A stretch of DNA of 64,000 nt from Scyliorhinus canicula (GCF_902713615.1 NC_052157.1:44850553-44914552); one strand, 5' to 3'; positions 1-13,450 are shown, counted from the first letter of the stretch. The notes: generated from the sequence alone by a model not told the origin. Translations and numbers: made by a program.

Positions 1-210
1 ATGTCTGCGTGGGTTTCTTCTCAAGTGCTCCAGTTTCCTCCCACAAGTCTCGAAATACGTGCTTGTTCGGTGAATTGGACATTCTGAATTCTCCCTCTGT
101 GTACCCGAACAGGCGTCAGAGTATGGCGACTAGTGGATTTTCACAGTAATTTCATTACAGTGTTAATGTAAGCCTACTTATGACAATAATAAAATTATAA
201 TAAAGATTAT
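1..210 (+). mobile_element. V-SINE/HE1-like SINE, 5'-truncated by window edge, tail type C
   Basis: Central V-SINE core (gcgtgggtttc...gtgctccagtttcctcccaca) followed by tail ...ttttcacagtaatttcattacagtgttaatgtaagcctact and (AAT)n. Confidence 0.8.
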
Positions 211-246
211 GATTACATCTTCAACCATTTTCCCCAGAACGTCTGT

Positions 247-460
247 TGCGGTGGTGGCGCAGTGGTTAGCACTGCTGCCTCACGGCACTGAGGTCCCGAG
301 TTCGATCCAGGTTACATGTGGAGTTTGCACATTCTCCCCGTGTTTCCGTGGGTCTCACCCCCACAACCCAAAGATGTGCAGGCTCAGTGGATTGGTCAAG
401 CTATATTGCCCCTTAATTGGAATAAAAAAAGAATTGGGTACTCTAAAAAAAAAATTTAAA
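247..460 (+). mobile_element. V-SINE/HE1-like SINE, A-rich tail (type A)
   Basis: tRNA-like head (ggtggcgcagtggttagc A-box; gttcgatcc B-box), V-core, tail gaattgggtactctaaaaaaaa. Confidence 0.85.
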
Positions 461-499
461 AGGCGGTGTACACTTTTCACCAGATCACACCTTAGCTGA

Positions 500-2015
500 T
501 CCCCTCCTCCTCTGGCACATTCTCCTTTGAGCATCTCATCTTGTTCCACTTCTCAAGTCTTATTCAAAATCACCGTTCTCTGCCGCCCTCACAAGATTTC
601 TCACCACGATATTGGCACTCCTTTCCTCTTCCAGCCTCTGCACTGAGCAACAAAACTATTCTCTCTCGCGCAAGATATTCATCTGGTATGGCCCTCATAT
701 CCATTCACTTAACTCCAAGAGATGCAGACTTGAAACAATATGACAGACAACTGGTTTAGCCACCTACCATCAAATCTGATTCAACTGTATACAATCACTA
801 TTGGCTCCTGCTCTTGTTTGTTAAAACTGCTAACTAGTTTAGGATCACCCTAGACTGCAAGCTCATTCTAGACTGCAAAAATATCTCTGCTTCTTCTCTA
901 CTGCAAACCACCTTGTTAAATCACTGCCCTGTTTTCTTCAAACTCATTCCAACAAGAAATGTGAGGAGCTCATGGACCTCTTTGTCATTAATATGGAGAT
1001 CATGAGTGTATTGGGTTACAGAAAGATACAGACGGGATTGTCAAATGGGCAGAAAGGTGGCTGATGGAATTTAATCCTGAAAAGTGTGAGGTGATACACT
1101 TTAAAATGTGACAAGGAAGTATTCAATGAATGGCATGATACTGGGAAATCCGAGGAACAAAGGGACCTTGGCGTGTTTGCCCATGATCTGGGAAGGTAGA
1201 AGGGCAGGTTAATGGGGTGGTGTGAAAGGCAAATGGGGCACTTGCCTTTATCATTAGAGGCATGGATTACAAAAGCTTGAAGGTCATGTTGGAGTTGTAT
1301 AAAACTTTGTTGAGGCCACAGCTGGAGTACTGTGTGCAATTCTGGTCACCACATTATAGGAAGGATGTAATTGCACTGGAGGGGGTGCAGAGGCTATTCT
1401 CCAGGGTGCTGCCTGGGATGGAACATTTAAGTTATGAAGAGAGGTTGGATAGGCTTGGGTTTCTTTCGCTGGAACAGAGAAGATTGAGGGGTGACCTGAT
1501 CGAGGTGTACATGATTATGAGGGACATGGATAGGGAGCACGTCATAACATTCAGGGCTATGGGCCAAGTGCTGGCAAAAGGGATTAGGTAGGCAGGTCAG
1601 GTGTTTTTCATGCATTGGTGCAGACTCAATGAACCAAAGGGCCTCTTCTGTACTTTATTATACTGTGATCTGATCAGTTGCCTCTAGCCAGTCCCTTAAT
1701 CCAATAAGCCAAACTTCCTCTAATGCTGCGCCCCACTCCCAACTCTCTATCTGTGAACTTGCATCTTTCTTTAGTTTCTTCCCCATCTCATCTCATGCCT
1801 TCTTCAATTCATCTTGTCCACTTGTCCAACCTCCTAATCCCTCAACACTCCCTATCCCCAGAGAACTGCTTGGCCATCCAGATTTTCCTCATCTCTTTGT
1901 TAGCTGATATTGTTAACCGTTTTCTCTTTTCAGGTATTATCCCTCTTCCATTTAAATCTGCCATTATCACCCCACTCCTCAAAAATCAACCTCTGACCCA
2001 GTTGTCTTTGCATAC
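500..2015 (+). mobile_element. Old degraded CR1/L2-clade LINE fragment, split by a younger CR1 insertion
   Basis: Decayed ORF2-like peptides on both sides of 1012-1667 (CEELMD... before; ...LADIVN.FLFSGIIPLPFKSAIITPLLK after). Confidence 0.55.
1012..1667 (+). mobile_element. CR1 LINE 3' fragment
   Basis: ORF 1262-1591 encodes the CR1 ORF2 C-terminus ([24 protein letters not shown]...RRLRGDLIEVY), followed by a CR1-type 3' UTR. Confidence 0.85.
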
Positions 2016-2883
2016 TGAAAGTGGGTCTCGGAGATTCCCAAAATCATGGATCTGTACTGAAAGTGTCGGCTTCATGTCTGGAAGCACATAAGGTTGCAGG
2101 ACCTATGAAAGAAATCAGTTGTATTAATTACAATTAATTGGACCAGTTTTTCTGAAGGTTACCAAACAGCTCCCCTTTCAGTGCTTGTCAATATTAGCAT
2201 GAGTCAGATTGGACTTCCCCAAGCAGTTTAGAGGTGCTGGGTGGTCACAAAATTAATTGAAAATAGAGCAGAATTAAACAAAGAAATTAGTTTCCCTTCT
2301 TGTCAGGTGAAAGTCATTAAATCAGGATTTTGACCAAGCAGCCCTCATTTTTGACCCGGTCATGATGATATGTGATTTGGAGCACAATTTGGAAGGGGTG
2401 CACCGTGGCACCCTGGGAGTGCCAGGGTACCCCCTGCCCAGAGCCCAACCACCCAGGGCCTCTGATGGCCCCTCGCGAGATTTAAGGGCCTTGTCGCGTC
2501 ACAGAGTCAGGCTCGATGAGGTAATTTGATCGCACCGATCGTTTCATATCTTTCTCCCCCATTTACCTATCCAGCTTCCCTTTAAGTACAGTCCCTACAA
2601 AATTACTACTGTTTTTGTTGGCATTCCGGTTCTAGGAAAGGGAAGTGGTGTTGAAGTAACCTTGGTGAATTGCTGCCCTGCGTGTTATAAATCATACGTT
2701 CTTGATTGTGATACACCAGTGGTGGATGTCATAGATGTTGAGAGTAGAGGAATTTGCTCAATAATTTCATAATTTTAAAGCCTTTATTACAATGTATTAG
2801 CAACACAAAAACAGCCCATGTCAGCTTTTATGCACCATAATATACCTCCACTCATCCCTCTTCACCTGACAAATCAACATATT

Positions 2884-3385
2884 GGGCACAATTTACCACC
2901 CAAAAAATAGAATCCCATTTTGGGCACGAAGAGCGGGATGTTTCTTGGTGCCTGCAGCGCCGTGAATGACCCTGCTCTCAAATGGAACTCTTTTTTTTTA
3001 CCTCGGTAAGAACACTCCACTGAGGCTGCACTTACCTCACTTGTTGAGGTAAATGGTGAAACCTCATCATTTTTAAATGCTGCCCCGATCTCTCCCCACT
3101 CCCCCACCGCTGCCTTTGGATCCCTCCAACACCCCAATTTACCTGTTAGGGTTTCCTTGACACCCCCCCCCCCCCCCCTCCCCCACCACCTCATAAGGGT
3201 AGGACATCCTTGGGCCCGATCCCTGGCAAGGGCAACCTGGAACCCAAACACCGTGGCACCCTGGGAGTACCAGGGTACCCCCTGCCCAGAGCCCAACCAC
3301 CCAGGGCCTCTGATGGCCCCTCACGAGATTTAAGGGCCTTGTCGCGTCAGAGTTAGGCTCGATGAGGTAATTCGATCACACCGAT
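2884..3385. mobile_element. Non-autonomous PIF/Harbinger-like MITE (degraded)
   Basis: Starts with gggcacaattt, similar to the GGG-terminal TIR family found elsewhere in the window; GC-rich core with ggcac/gtgcc units. Right end approximate. Confidence 0.5.
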
Positions 3386-3733
3386 CATTTCATATCTTTC
3401 TCCCCCATTTACCTATCCAGCTTTCCCTTAAGTGCAGTTGCATGCTGATGGTAGACCCAGGTTAGCAATCACCCTCTTTATAAGGGGCAGTGTGCAGCAG
3501 AGCTCTTTGCTGTCAGCACTGTCCCTGGAGCAGGAGGAGAGAGTATTGTGAATTCCCCATTGGATTTATTAGTGGTTATCTTTGTTTATGGGCCCTCCTA
3601 TGAGCAAGTTCCACAAGTGGAAACACCTCTATGTCTGTCTTAACAAATCATTTCATAACTTGAAAGATCTCTATAAAGTCACCACTCAGTCTTTTGTCTA
3701 GAGAAAAGGGCCCTCAGCCTTTTCAATCTTTTT

Positions 3734-3846
3734 CGTACCAGTCTCCCCGGACAGGCGCCGGAATGTGGCGACTAGGGGCTTTTCACAGTAACTTCATTGA
3801 AGCCTACTCGTGACAATAAGTAATTTTCATTTCATTTTTCATTTCA
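3734..3846 (+). mobile_element. 5'-truncated short SINE with the type-C tail
   Basis: acaggcgccggaatgtggcgactaggggcttttcacagtaacttcattgaagcctactcgtgacaataag + (TTTCA)n; same family as 38036-38220. Confidence 0.75.
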
Positions 3847-4389
3847 TAACTCAGTAAAAGGAAATTCAAGAATTGGTTAGTCTGCTGAAGCACATTCTAT
3901 GGTCATTATGATCCATGCACACTGAATTAAAATACTTTTTATCCTTTCAGATAATTGGTAACTCTTTTAAATTCTCAAACAAAACAAGTAGTTAACTTTG
4001 ATTCCGTGTAAAAATCTACTGTCAAAATAATGAGTAACACCTGGAGCAAAATGAATAACAAACGGAATACCATAGGGTTTAATTTGTAGTACACAAAATG
4101 AATTTCAGAATTGAATTTTAAATTGCTAGGTGGTGGCAGTTGCATAGGCATGTGTTTAACTTTTATTTAAATCTTGAACAGGGAAAAGAGGAACATGATA
4201 GAGAAAACGAATTGGTCTATAATTAATATTCAGAAATATTCATAACGTTAGCATCAGTACAATTAGCATACTGTATTGGCCATCTTTAAAGCATAAGGCC
4301 TCAAGACTGTTTCGAAATATTATTTATGGAGAGAATTGGAAATAGAATCACCAAAGCAATCTGTTAATAAAGCTCCTGCTTGTAACATT

Positions 4390-5176
4390 GGCCCGTAATT
4401 TCCTCGGAGTGGCAATCAATGGTGGATTGCCACTCCATAGCGACTTAGCTGCACTCGAATTCCAAAGCGCCTGTCTCACCCGAACTTGCTGGGTTAGACT
4501 GAAGAAGCGAAGCAGGTCAGTCGCTCCAGTTGTGAAGTACGAAAAGGAGCAGAGCGAAGAGGGACATGCCCCCTTTTTACAGCACAAGCTTCCATAAAGC
4601 AAGTGAGTTTATAGCGACTTGAAAGGGAGAAGGTAAATTTCTAAGGTAAATGAATGGGATGGGGAGGGGGGGCTTGTGTCAGGTCGGGTCCAGTCCAGGC
4701 GTTGGAGGAGAGAGTCGGGTTGGGAGGGGTGGCCTGGCCAGTCTGAGGTCGAGCCTGGTTGGGTGGGGGTGGGGGATGGGATCCCATTTGGGGTGGGGTG
4801 CTTGGTTGGAGGGCTCTTCGGGGAACTCAGAGATGGGGTGGATGTAGGGGTTGCCTGGGGACTCAGGGTTGTGGGGGGTTGTCCCGTGCGGTGCTCGCTC
4901 TGGGTGTTTAAAATAGTTACTCTGAGTTTAATAATGCTTTTTTCCTACAAACTCTTTGAGAGTAACTATGAGTGTAAAACTGGCAGAACCATCTGTAGAT
5001 AGCGATTTAAATCACTTTATTGGATTTTAATCGCAATTTCCAAGGGAAATTAGCCCTTCAGCATAATTGCCGGGTAAACCATTACGTGGGAATCTCCAAG
5101 AGGGAATGCCCAGCATTTCTTTGGAGTACCCACACCTACCCAACCCCTGTGCTGGGGAGCCAGGAGGTTATGGCCC
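4390..5176. mobile_element. Non-autonomous DNA transposon with imperfect TIRs (Harbinger-like)
   Basis: Left end ggcccgtaatttcc and right end ggaggttatggccc are imperfect inverted repeats; G-rich non-coding interior. Confidence 0.55.
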
Positions 5177-5277
5177 AATAAATTCTTTTTGGTGATTCTT
5201 TTTGAGACCTCCTATTAACATAGATGTTAATGGCCTCCATGGTTAAACCTGTAGTAGTGATTAATGTGACTGTTACC

Positions 5278-8200
5278 GGCAGGCAGTGCAGGGATCCCCT
5301 GTGGTCATTCCCCTCTATAACAAGTATACCGTTTTGGATACTGTTGCGGGGGACGACTTACCAGGGGTAAGCAATGGGGCACAGGTCTCTGGCACAGAGT
5401 CTGTCCCTGTTGCTCAGAAGGGAAGGGAGAAGAGGAACAGAGCACTTGTCATTGGGGACTCCATAGTTAGAGGAACAGACAGGAGGTTCTGTGGGAACGA
5501 AAGAGACTCACGGTTGGTGTTAGTGAGGCCACACCTGGAGTATTGTGTTCAGTTTTGGTCTCCTTACTTGAGAAAGGACATACTGGCACTGGAGGGTGTG
5601 CAGAGGAGATTCACTAGGTTAATCCCAGAGCTAAAGGGGTTGGATTATGAGGAGAGGTTGAGTAGACTGGGACTGTACTCGTTGGAATTTAGAAGGATGA
5701 GGGGGGATCTTATGAAACATTTAAAATTATGAAGGGAATAGATAGGATAGATGCGGGCAGGTTGTTTCCACTGGCGGGTGAAAGCAGAACTAGGGGACAT
5801 AGCCTCAAAATAAGGGGAAGTAGATTTAGGACTGAGTTTAGGAGGAACTTCTTCGCCCAAAGGGTTGTGAATCTATGGAATTCCTTGCCCAGTGAAGCAG
5901 TTGAGGCTCCTTCATTACATGTTTTTAAGGTAAAGATAGATAGTTTTTTGAAGAATAGAGGGATTAAGGGTTATGGTGTTCGGGCCGGAAAGTGGAGCTG
6001 AGTCCACAAAAGATCAGCCATGATCTCAGTGAATGGCGGAGCAGGCTCGAGGGGCCAGATGGCCTACTCCTGCTCCTAGTTCTTATGTTCTTATGGTGTG
6101 CTGCCTCCCAGGTGCCAGGGTTCGTGATGTCTCTGAGGTAGGAAGAGAGATGGGGATTTGAGACAGAAATTCAGGGAGCTAGGGTGGAAGCTGAGAGCTA
6201 GAACAAACAGAGTTGTTAACTCTGGGTTGTTACCCGTGCCACGTGCTAGCAAAGTGAGAAATAAGGAGAGAGAGGAATTGAACACGTGGCTACAGTGATG
6301 GTGCAGGAGGGAGGGTTTTGGTTTCCTGGATAATTGGGGCTCATTCTGTGGTAGGTGGGACCTCTACAAACAGGATGGTCTTCACCTGAACCAGAGGGGT
6401 ACCAATATCCTGGGGGGGGGAGATTTGCTAGTGCTCTTCGGGGGGGGGGGGGGTTTAAACTAATTCAGCAGGGGGATGGGAACCTAAATTGTAGTCCCAG
6501 TGTACAGGATGTTGAGAGTAGTGAGGTTAAAGATAGGGTTAAAAGATCGAAAGAGGGCACCGGCAAGCAAGACGCTGGTTTGAAGTGTGTCTACTTCAAC
6601 GCCAGGAGCATCCGGAATAAGGTGGGTGAGCTTGCAGCATGGGTTGGTACCTGGGATCTCGATGTTGTGGCGATTTCGGAGGCATGGGTAGAGCAGGGAC
6701 AGGAATGGTTGTTGCAGGTTCCAGGATTTAGATGTTTCTGTAAGAACAGAGAAGATGGTAAAAGAGGGGGGGGGGGTATGGCATTGTTAATCAAGGAAAG
6801 TATTACGGCGGTAGAAAGGACGTTTGAGGATTCGTCTACTGAGGTAATATGGGCCGAGGTTAGGAACAGGAGAGGAGAGGTCACCCTGTTGGGAGTTGAA
6901 CTATTCGGAGGTCTACAGACCAGAGATGCAGAGGAAAGGATTGCAAAGATGATTCTCGACAGGAGCGAGAGTAACAGGGTAGTTGTTATGGGGGACTTTA
7001 ACTTTCCAAATATTGACTGGAAATACTACAGTTCGAGTACTATAGATGGGTCAGTTTTTGTGCAGTGTGTGCAGGAGGGTTTTCTGACACAGTATGTAGA
7101 CAGGCCAACAAGGGGCGAGGCCACATTGGATTTGGTACTGGGTAATGAAACCGGCCAGGTGTTAGATTTAGATGTAGGTGAGCACTTTGGTGATAGTGAT
7201 CACAATTCGGTTATGTTTACTTTAGCTATGGGCAGGGATAGGTATATACCGCAAGGCAAGAATTATAGCTGGGGGAAAGGCAATTATGATGCTATTCGGC
7301 AAGATTTAGGATGTATAGGATGGGGAAGGAAACTGCAGGGGATGGGTACAATCGAAATGTGGAGCTTTTTCAAGGAACAGCTACTGCGTGTCCTTGATAA
7401 GTATGTACCTGTCAGGCAGGGAGGAAGTTGTCGAGCAAGGGATCTGTGGTTTACTAAGGAAGTTGAAGCACTTGTCAAGGGGAAGTAGAAGGCTTATGTT
7501 AGGATGAGACATGAAGGCTCAGTTAGGGCACTTGAGAGTTACAAGTTAGCCAGGAAGGACCTAAAGGGAGAGTTAAGAAGAGCGAGGAGAGGACACGAAA
7601 AGTAAGTGGCGGATAGGATCAAGGAAAACCCTAAGGCTTTCTGTAGGTATATCAGGAACAAAAGAATGACTAGAGTAAGAATGGGGCCAATCAAGGATAG
7701 TAGTGGAAAGTTGTGTGTGGAATCAGAGGAGATAGAGGAAGCGTTAAATGGATATATTTCGTCAGTGTTTACATTGGAGAAAGACAATGTTGTCGAGGAG
7801 AATACTCAGGTTCAGTCGACCAGGCTAGATGGAATTGAGGTTCACAAGGAGGAGGTGTTAGCAATTTTGGAAAGTGTAAAAATAGATAAGTCCCCTGGGC
7901 CAGATGGGATTTATTGTAGGATTCTCTGGGAAGCCAGGGAGGAGATTGCAGAGCCTTTGTCCTTGATCTTTATGGCGTCTTTGTCGACAGGAATAGTGCC
8001 GGAAGACTGGAGGATAGCAAATGTTGTTTTCTTGTTCAAGAAGGGGAGTAGAGACAACCCTGGTAATTATAGACCTGTGAGCCTTACTTCGGTTGTGGGT
8101 AAAATGTTGGGAAAGGTTATAAGAGGTTTATAATCATCTTGAGTTGATTAGCGATAGTCAACACGGTTTTGTGAAGGGTAGATCATGTCTCACAAACCTT

Positions 8201-9407
8201 ATTGAGTTTTTTGAGAAGGTGACCAAACAGGTGGATGAGGGTAAAGCGGTTGATGTGGTGTATATGGATTTCAGTAAGGCGTTTGATAAGGTTCCCCACG
8301 GTAGGCTATTGCAGAAAATAAGGAAGTATGGGATTGAAGGTGATTTAGCGGTTTGGATCAGTAATTGGCTAGCTGAAAGAAGACAGAGGGTGGTGGTTGA
8401 TGGCAAATGTTCATCCTGGAGTTCAGTTACTAGTGGTGTACCGCAAGGATCTGTTTTGGGGCCACTGCTGTTTGTCATTTTTATAAATGACCTGGAAAAG
8501 GGTGTAGAAGGATGGGTTAGTAAATTTGCAGATGACAAATTTGTGGATAGTGCTGAAGGATGTTATAGGATACAGAGGGACACAGATAAGCTGCAGAGCT
8601 GGGCTGAGAGGTGGCAGATGGAGTTTAATGCGGAAAAGTGTGAGATGGTTCACTTTGGAAGGAGTAACAGGAATGCAGAGTACTGGGCTAATGGCAAGAT
8701 TCTTGGTAGTGTAGATGAACAGAGAGATCTCGGCATCCAGGTACATAAATCCCTGAAAGTTGCCACCCAGGTTAATAGGGCTGTTAAGAAGGCATATGGT
8801 GTGCTAGCCTTTATCAGTAGGGGGATTGAGTTTCGGAGCCACAAGGTCATGTTGCAGCTGTACATAACTCTGGTGGGGCCGCTCCTGGAGTACTGCGTGC
8901 AGTTCTGGTCACCACATTATAGGAAGGATATGGTAGCTTTGGAAAGGGTTCAGAGGAGATTTACTAGAATGTTGCTGGTATGGAGGGAAGGTCTTACGAG
9001 GAAAGGCTCAGGGACTTGAGGTTGTTTTCGTTAGAGAGGAGAAGGCTGAGAGGTGACTTAATAGAGACATATAAGATAGTCAGAGGGTTAGATAGGGTGG
9101 ACAGTGAGAGCCTCTTTCCTCGAATGGTGATGAACAACACGAGGGGACATAGCTTTAAATTGAGGGGTGGGAGATATAGGACAGATGTCAGAGGCAATTT
9201 CTTTACTCAGAGAGTAGTAGGGGTGTGGAACGTCCTGCCTACAACAGTAGTAGACTCGCCAAATTTAAGGGCATTTAAGTGGTCACTGGATAGACATATG
9301 GATGAAAATGGAATAGTGTAAGTCAGATAGGCTTCAGATGGTTTCACAGGTCGGCGCAACATCGAGGGCCGAAGGGCCCATACTGCGCTGTAATGTTCTA
9401 TGTTCTA
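5278..9407 (+). mobile_element. Near-full-length CR1 (HER1-like) LINE, inactivated
   Basis: ORF1 SGNH-esterase motifs (GDSIVRG, CCLPGARVRDV, DGLHL). ORF2 APE endonuclease (CVYFNARSIRNK, MGDFNFP, HFGDSDHNSV) and RT (KSPGPDG, YRPVSLTS, DFSKAFDKV, GVPQGSVLGP, FADD). In-frame stops (7486, 7603) and frameshifts; (ATGTTCT)n tail at ~9392-9407. Confidence 0.95.
5521..6093 (+). mobile_element. 5'-truncated CR1 nested in ORF1 of the larger CR1
   Basis: Encodes the ORF2 C-terminus ([19 protein letters not shown]...), has a (TTCTTATG)n tail, and is flanked by TSD tggtgt at 5515-5520 and 6094-6099. Confidence 0.9.
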
Positions 9408-10064
9408 TTGCTGGTTCAAATTCTTCTCGGAATAGTCGAGCAGAAGTCAATAAAGGAAAGAAAAATATTTTTAGGCCGCCAAAGCAAGCTCAACAAGACA
9501 CGTCCATTGAAGATTTATTTTCCTCTCATTGGCATTGGGACCTCAAATAGATTAGTTTCACCAACAGAATTTAATGTATCCAGATGCTCAACGTGAATTC
9601 TGTTAGGATTCTCAGTACAAATGACACAAAAGACCTAGGTTCTCTTTTATTTCATCTATGTATCCTCATGATTTTTCAAGTGACCTCAGAGATACGTGTC
9701 CTAATATAAACACTTGTACTTTTTCAACATGGCTTCTCCTGATATGTCTCAAATCTTTTTTTCTCACTCATTTTAGTTGCTCACTTATCAATTTGCTGTA
9801 CTGTACTTTAAACAAACGTTCTTTGATGTATTGCTACATCCTCAATTCCTCAGCCCAGTGGGTGTTAGTTAACCACTTTTTAGCTTCATGATTGATCTCA
9901 ATATTTAGTCAACCATATTTTCAACTTAAAACCAGTAAAGGTAGTTGCTTCAGGAGTCTTTTCCAAAACTGACAGTCACAGATGAAGTCTGTCCTTTTAT
10001 TGGACGATGGTGTATGAATTCTCTAATCATTACAAGTGAATAAATAAATAAGTTCACTCATCGC

Positions 10065-10265
10065 TTTGGCTAGAATGTAGTGCAGAATGATGCCAATGGC
10101 GCAGTTTCAATCTCTGTATCAATTGATGTAGTTCATGGAGGTCTGCCACCTTGCTTTTCCACATGGCTTGCGGAGTGGTGTCCCTCAGGCTGTATATAAC
10201 CAATTGTCTTTCTCTAATGGAAAGAGATGCCTATGGTCCTTTGTGGACTATGGCTCATTACCATC
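10065..10265 (+). mobile_element. Degraded tRNA-derived SINE (family also at 28515-28745 and 49340-49565)
   Basis: Reverse-complement similarity to the two minus-strand copies (gtggtgtccctcagg...ctatggtcctttgtggactatggc). Confidence 0.55.
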
Positions 10266-11512
10266 TCTTTGGAAGATTGTCCCATTCATGTTGTCTAATG
10301 AATATGTTTTTAAGCTTCTGGCATACACAATTTCCTCTTCCCTTCAGCATTCAGTCTCCCACATGGAGAAGTTGACCAAGAAATGTCTAGAAAACCTGTT
10401 TTGAGTTAAGCATGTTGGACCAATTATTCTTTGCTGTCAGTGCGTGCCTTAGATGGTGCTTTTCAAGTACACTTAACAAAGCATTTTGAGGATGAAATCC
10501 TTTAGCTGGTCTGGCTTGGCATTAGGTATAAAGTAAAATAAGTCAGTTATTAAGCTCATCTGTACATTGGATGCTTGTGCATTCTTCTAATTTGCAAGAG
10601 TATAAAGAAAATTTATCCTGTAGTATTGTAGTCATAAATGTGAGATCTGTCATACCATAAGGATGAGACACCAGGCTTTGGAGTTGGCTTTAAAAAATTA
10701 CTCAGGATATATCCCTACACAGCTCAATTCCTATGAGAATGCAATGAGCAGTGGTAGTTCTATTCATTGGGACAGCTCTGATTATGTTAATGTTACCTAC
10801 CTTTCCAAAGATATTTTAGTCATTTAGCCAATTTAATGGTCAGGCTTCATGTTCTCAGTCAAATAATCCGTAGCTCATGGCATTAGCCACATGCGGATAG
10901 AAAAGAGGGTATCCCAGTGTTACCTCTTGGATTTCAATGGCATGTCATAATGGATGTGTCAACTTTTAATGCTGTGACTAACAAGAAATATCTAGCATTA
11001 TGATGATATGGCTTTTCTTTCAACATCTGGGTTTTGTTTGGATTCATGTCCTTGATGTAAAGAACACAGGTGATGTAATGATGGTTTGCCAATGATGTGA
11101 GAGTAATTTGAAGTGGTTAATTAAGAGTAGCACACAGTATTAAAATGAATTGACAGCAAAGCAACTTATTCAATAGCATATGGTCAGTCTTGGGAACTCT
11201 TTTTTAAAATGCTAGCAGTTACTTCCTTGCAGTAACCTGCTTCCTGAGTTCAACAGAATTCTATTATCTTCCTGAAAGAGTAGATAGTATCAGAGCTTAG
11301 GGCCCAGGCAGCTAAAGGCATGGCCACCAATGGTGGAGTAATTAAAATTGGGTATGGTCAAGGTACCAGAATTAGATGAGCATAGATACCCTGCAGTATT
11401 GTGGAGGAGATTACAGAGAAAGGAGCAGGAGGCCATGAAGAGACTTGAAAACTATGGTGAAACTTTTAAAATCAAGACATTGCTTGAGTAGGAGACAATG
11501 TATGTCAGATTC

Positions 11513-11666
11513 CACCGGCTGAATTCTCCGCCTTGCCACGCCACTTTTCAACCTCGACCCGTCGGCGGGATTCTCCGTTACGCTGGCCAGTCAATGGGGT
11601 TTCCCATTGTGGGGCAGCCTCACGCCGTTGGGAAACCCCCAGACGCTGGCAAACCGGAGATCCCAC
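11513..11666. mobile_element. Short Harbinger-like MITE
   Basis: ggcgggattctccg and caatggggtttcccatt motifs shared with 62416-62535 and 42975-43127. Confidence 0.6.
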
Positions 11667-12571
11667 ATGTTTCCTTTTCTCCAGTTAAGTAACATTAACT
11701 TTTCTGATTCATAAAGGAGTTTTCTAGAATTCATAAAGCGAAACAACGGCCTGCAAATTATATAAACCCATTAACATATAAAAATATCTCAAGATACTTC
11801 ATAGAAGCGCAGAGGGAAAAAATTAATTGATCGATAAGTAAAAGTAGACTGAGAAGGCTTCACAAAATACATGTTAAGCTTAAATAAGATATGAGCAGTT
11901 GCTCACCTCAGTTGAACGTGTATTTTACAAAAGAACAAACAATTTCGAGATCAAAGAATTATTTGCTAATTAATTCAATGAAAAAATCTTATTCAGCATC
12001 AAAGAGACTCTTCAAGCCACGATCAGGAAAACAAACAATGCAGGCATTGACACAGCCATCTTCCTGCTCCACTATTTATATGTGGATAGTTTTAAAGCCC
12101 CAGGGACTAAGATTTAGAAGGTATGGAAGGGGCTCATTGCAGCCCGTCTTTAACAAAGCTTGAGAGAAAAGATTATAGGAACAAGAAAATCCGCTCGTTC
12201 AGTGAAGAATATTGATATGTCATAATTTATTTTGCTGTTCCAAAGATCCTGCCATAAATAGTATTTGTCATGATGTGGGATTCCCAGCTGGCATCTGATA
12301 ACTCAAACGTCTTCCTAGTATGTATGATTCAGCATTACGCCACACGATACATATGAGCTCAGAGCTTGAAGGTTTACTGACACATACCATTACCCGTCAT
12401 TCGTTAAACCAAGCAGCCAAACAAGGCACTATCTACGTAAAATCCACAATGTTTTCTTTAAAAAAAATTTGACTAATTAAAAAGTAACCAATGAGAAACC
12501 AGAAACTAACATTAATTTGGTCAAAAAACTAACGACACTCCGTGCAAAGATTTATAGGGTTAGAATACTAT

Positions 12572-12788
12572 TTTTTTTTTTAATTTAGAGTACCCAATTA
12601 TTATTTTTTCCAATTAAGGGACAATTTAGTGTGGCCAATCCACCTAACCTGCACATCTTTGGGTTGTGGGGGTGAAACCCACGCAGACACGGGGAGAATG
12701 TGCAAACTCCACACGGACAGTGACTCAGCCGGGATTCGAATCTGGGTCCTCAGCGCCGTAGGCAGCAGTGCTACAACTGTGCCACCCA
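12572..12788 (-). mobile_element. V-SINE/HE1-like SINE, type A tail
   Basis: Reverse complement of the 247-460 family; TSD ttagaatactat at 12560-12571 and 12789-12800. Confidence 0.9.
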
Positions 12789-12959
12789 TTAGAATACTAT
12801 ATTGATGGTTAACTTGCATCAGGTTTCAAAAGAAAGGTAGATAATTACAGATTTTGGTTTTAACATACTGCTTTAATTCTGACAGTGTATGAAAGGTCTG
12901 TGGTTGAACTGCTTCCCCCCTCAAAATAATACATTTCAGCCAATACACATCCTGTCTGT

Positions 12960-13450
12960 CAATAGTTCATACTTACATTGAATTGCACTTCTATGTATCC
13001 ACCCACGTCACCTGTCTTTAGAACTCTACATCTAACCTGCACAATGTTTACTATGTTTCCAAATTTTACACCATTGATAAACTTAAAAATTCTGCTCCTT
13101 ACTACCAAGTCCAGGTCATTTATATATAACAAAAAAATGGTCAAAATGTTTTCCAAGAGGACCCAACAGTGTACCTCTCTCCAGTAGGTAAAATATCCAT
13201 TTGCTATTGCTTTCTGTATCTTATCCCTTAGCCAATTACCTACTCAAGTTATCACTGTGTTTAATTCCATTGTGCTTCTAATTTCTTTGTGTCACTTTAG
13301 CAAATGCCTCTCTTACTTCATCAAAGAACTCAGCCAAGTTAGACAGACAGATTAATAACCAATGTTGTCTGTCCCTGATTAATCCATACTTCAATAAGTG
13401 AAAATTAATTTTATTTTTAACAGTAGCCTCTAGTACTTTTCCCACCTCTA
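12960..13450 (-). mobile_element. Degraded CR1 RT fragment
   Basis: Minus-strand peptide FLLYINDLDLVVRSRIFKF(ADD-like)...VQFN, typical of CR1 RT. Confidence 0.65.

Noticed and set aside
247-330. tRNA-like A/B boxes here and in other SINE heads
   Set aside because: They are SINE heads continuing into V-core and tail; no complete cloverleaf, so not tRNA genes.
1915-1940. Polypyrimidine + CAG|GT motifs in the long intron as recursive splice sites (also ~2290-2312)
   Set aside because: The following bases do not match the GTAAG/GTGAG consensus well, and the 1915 site lies in a LINE remnant.
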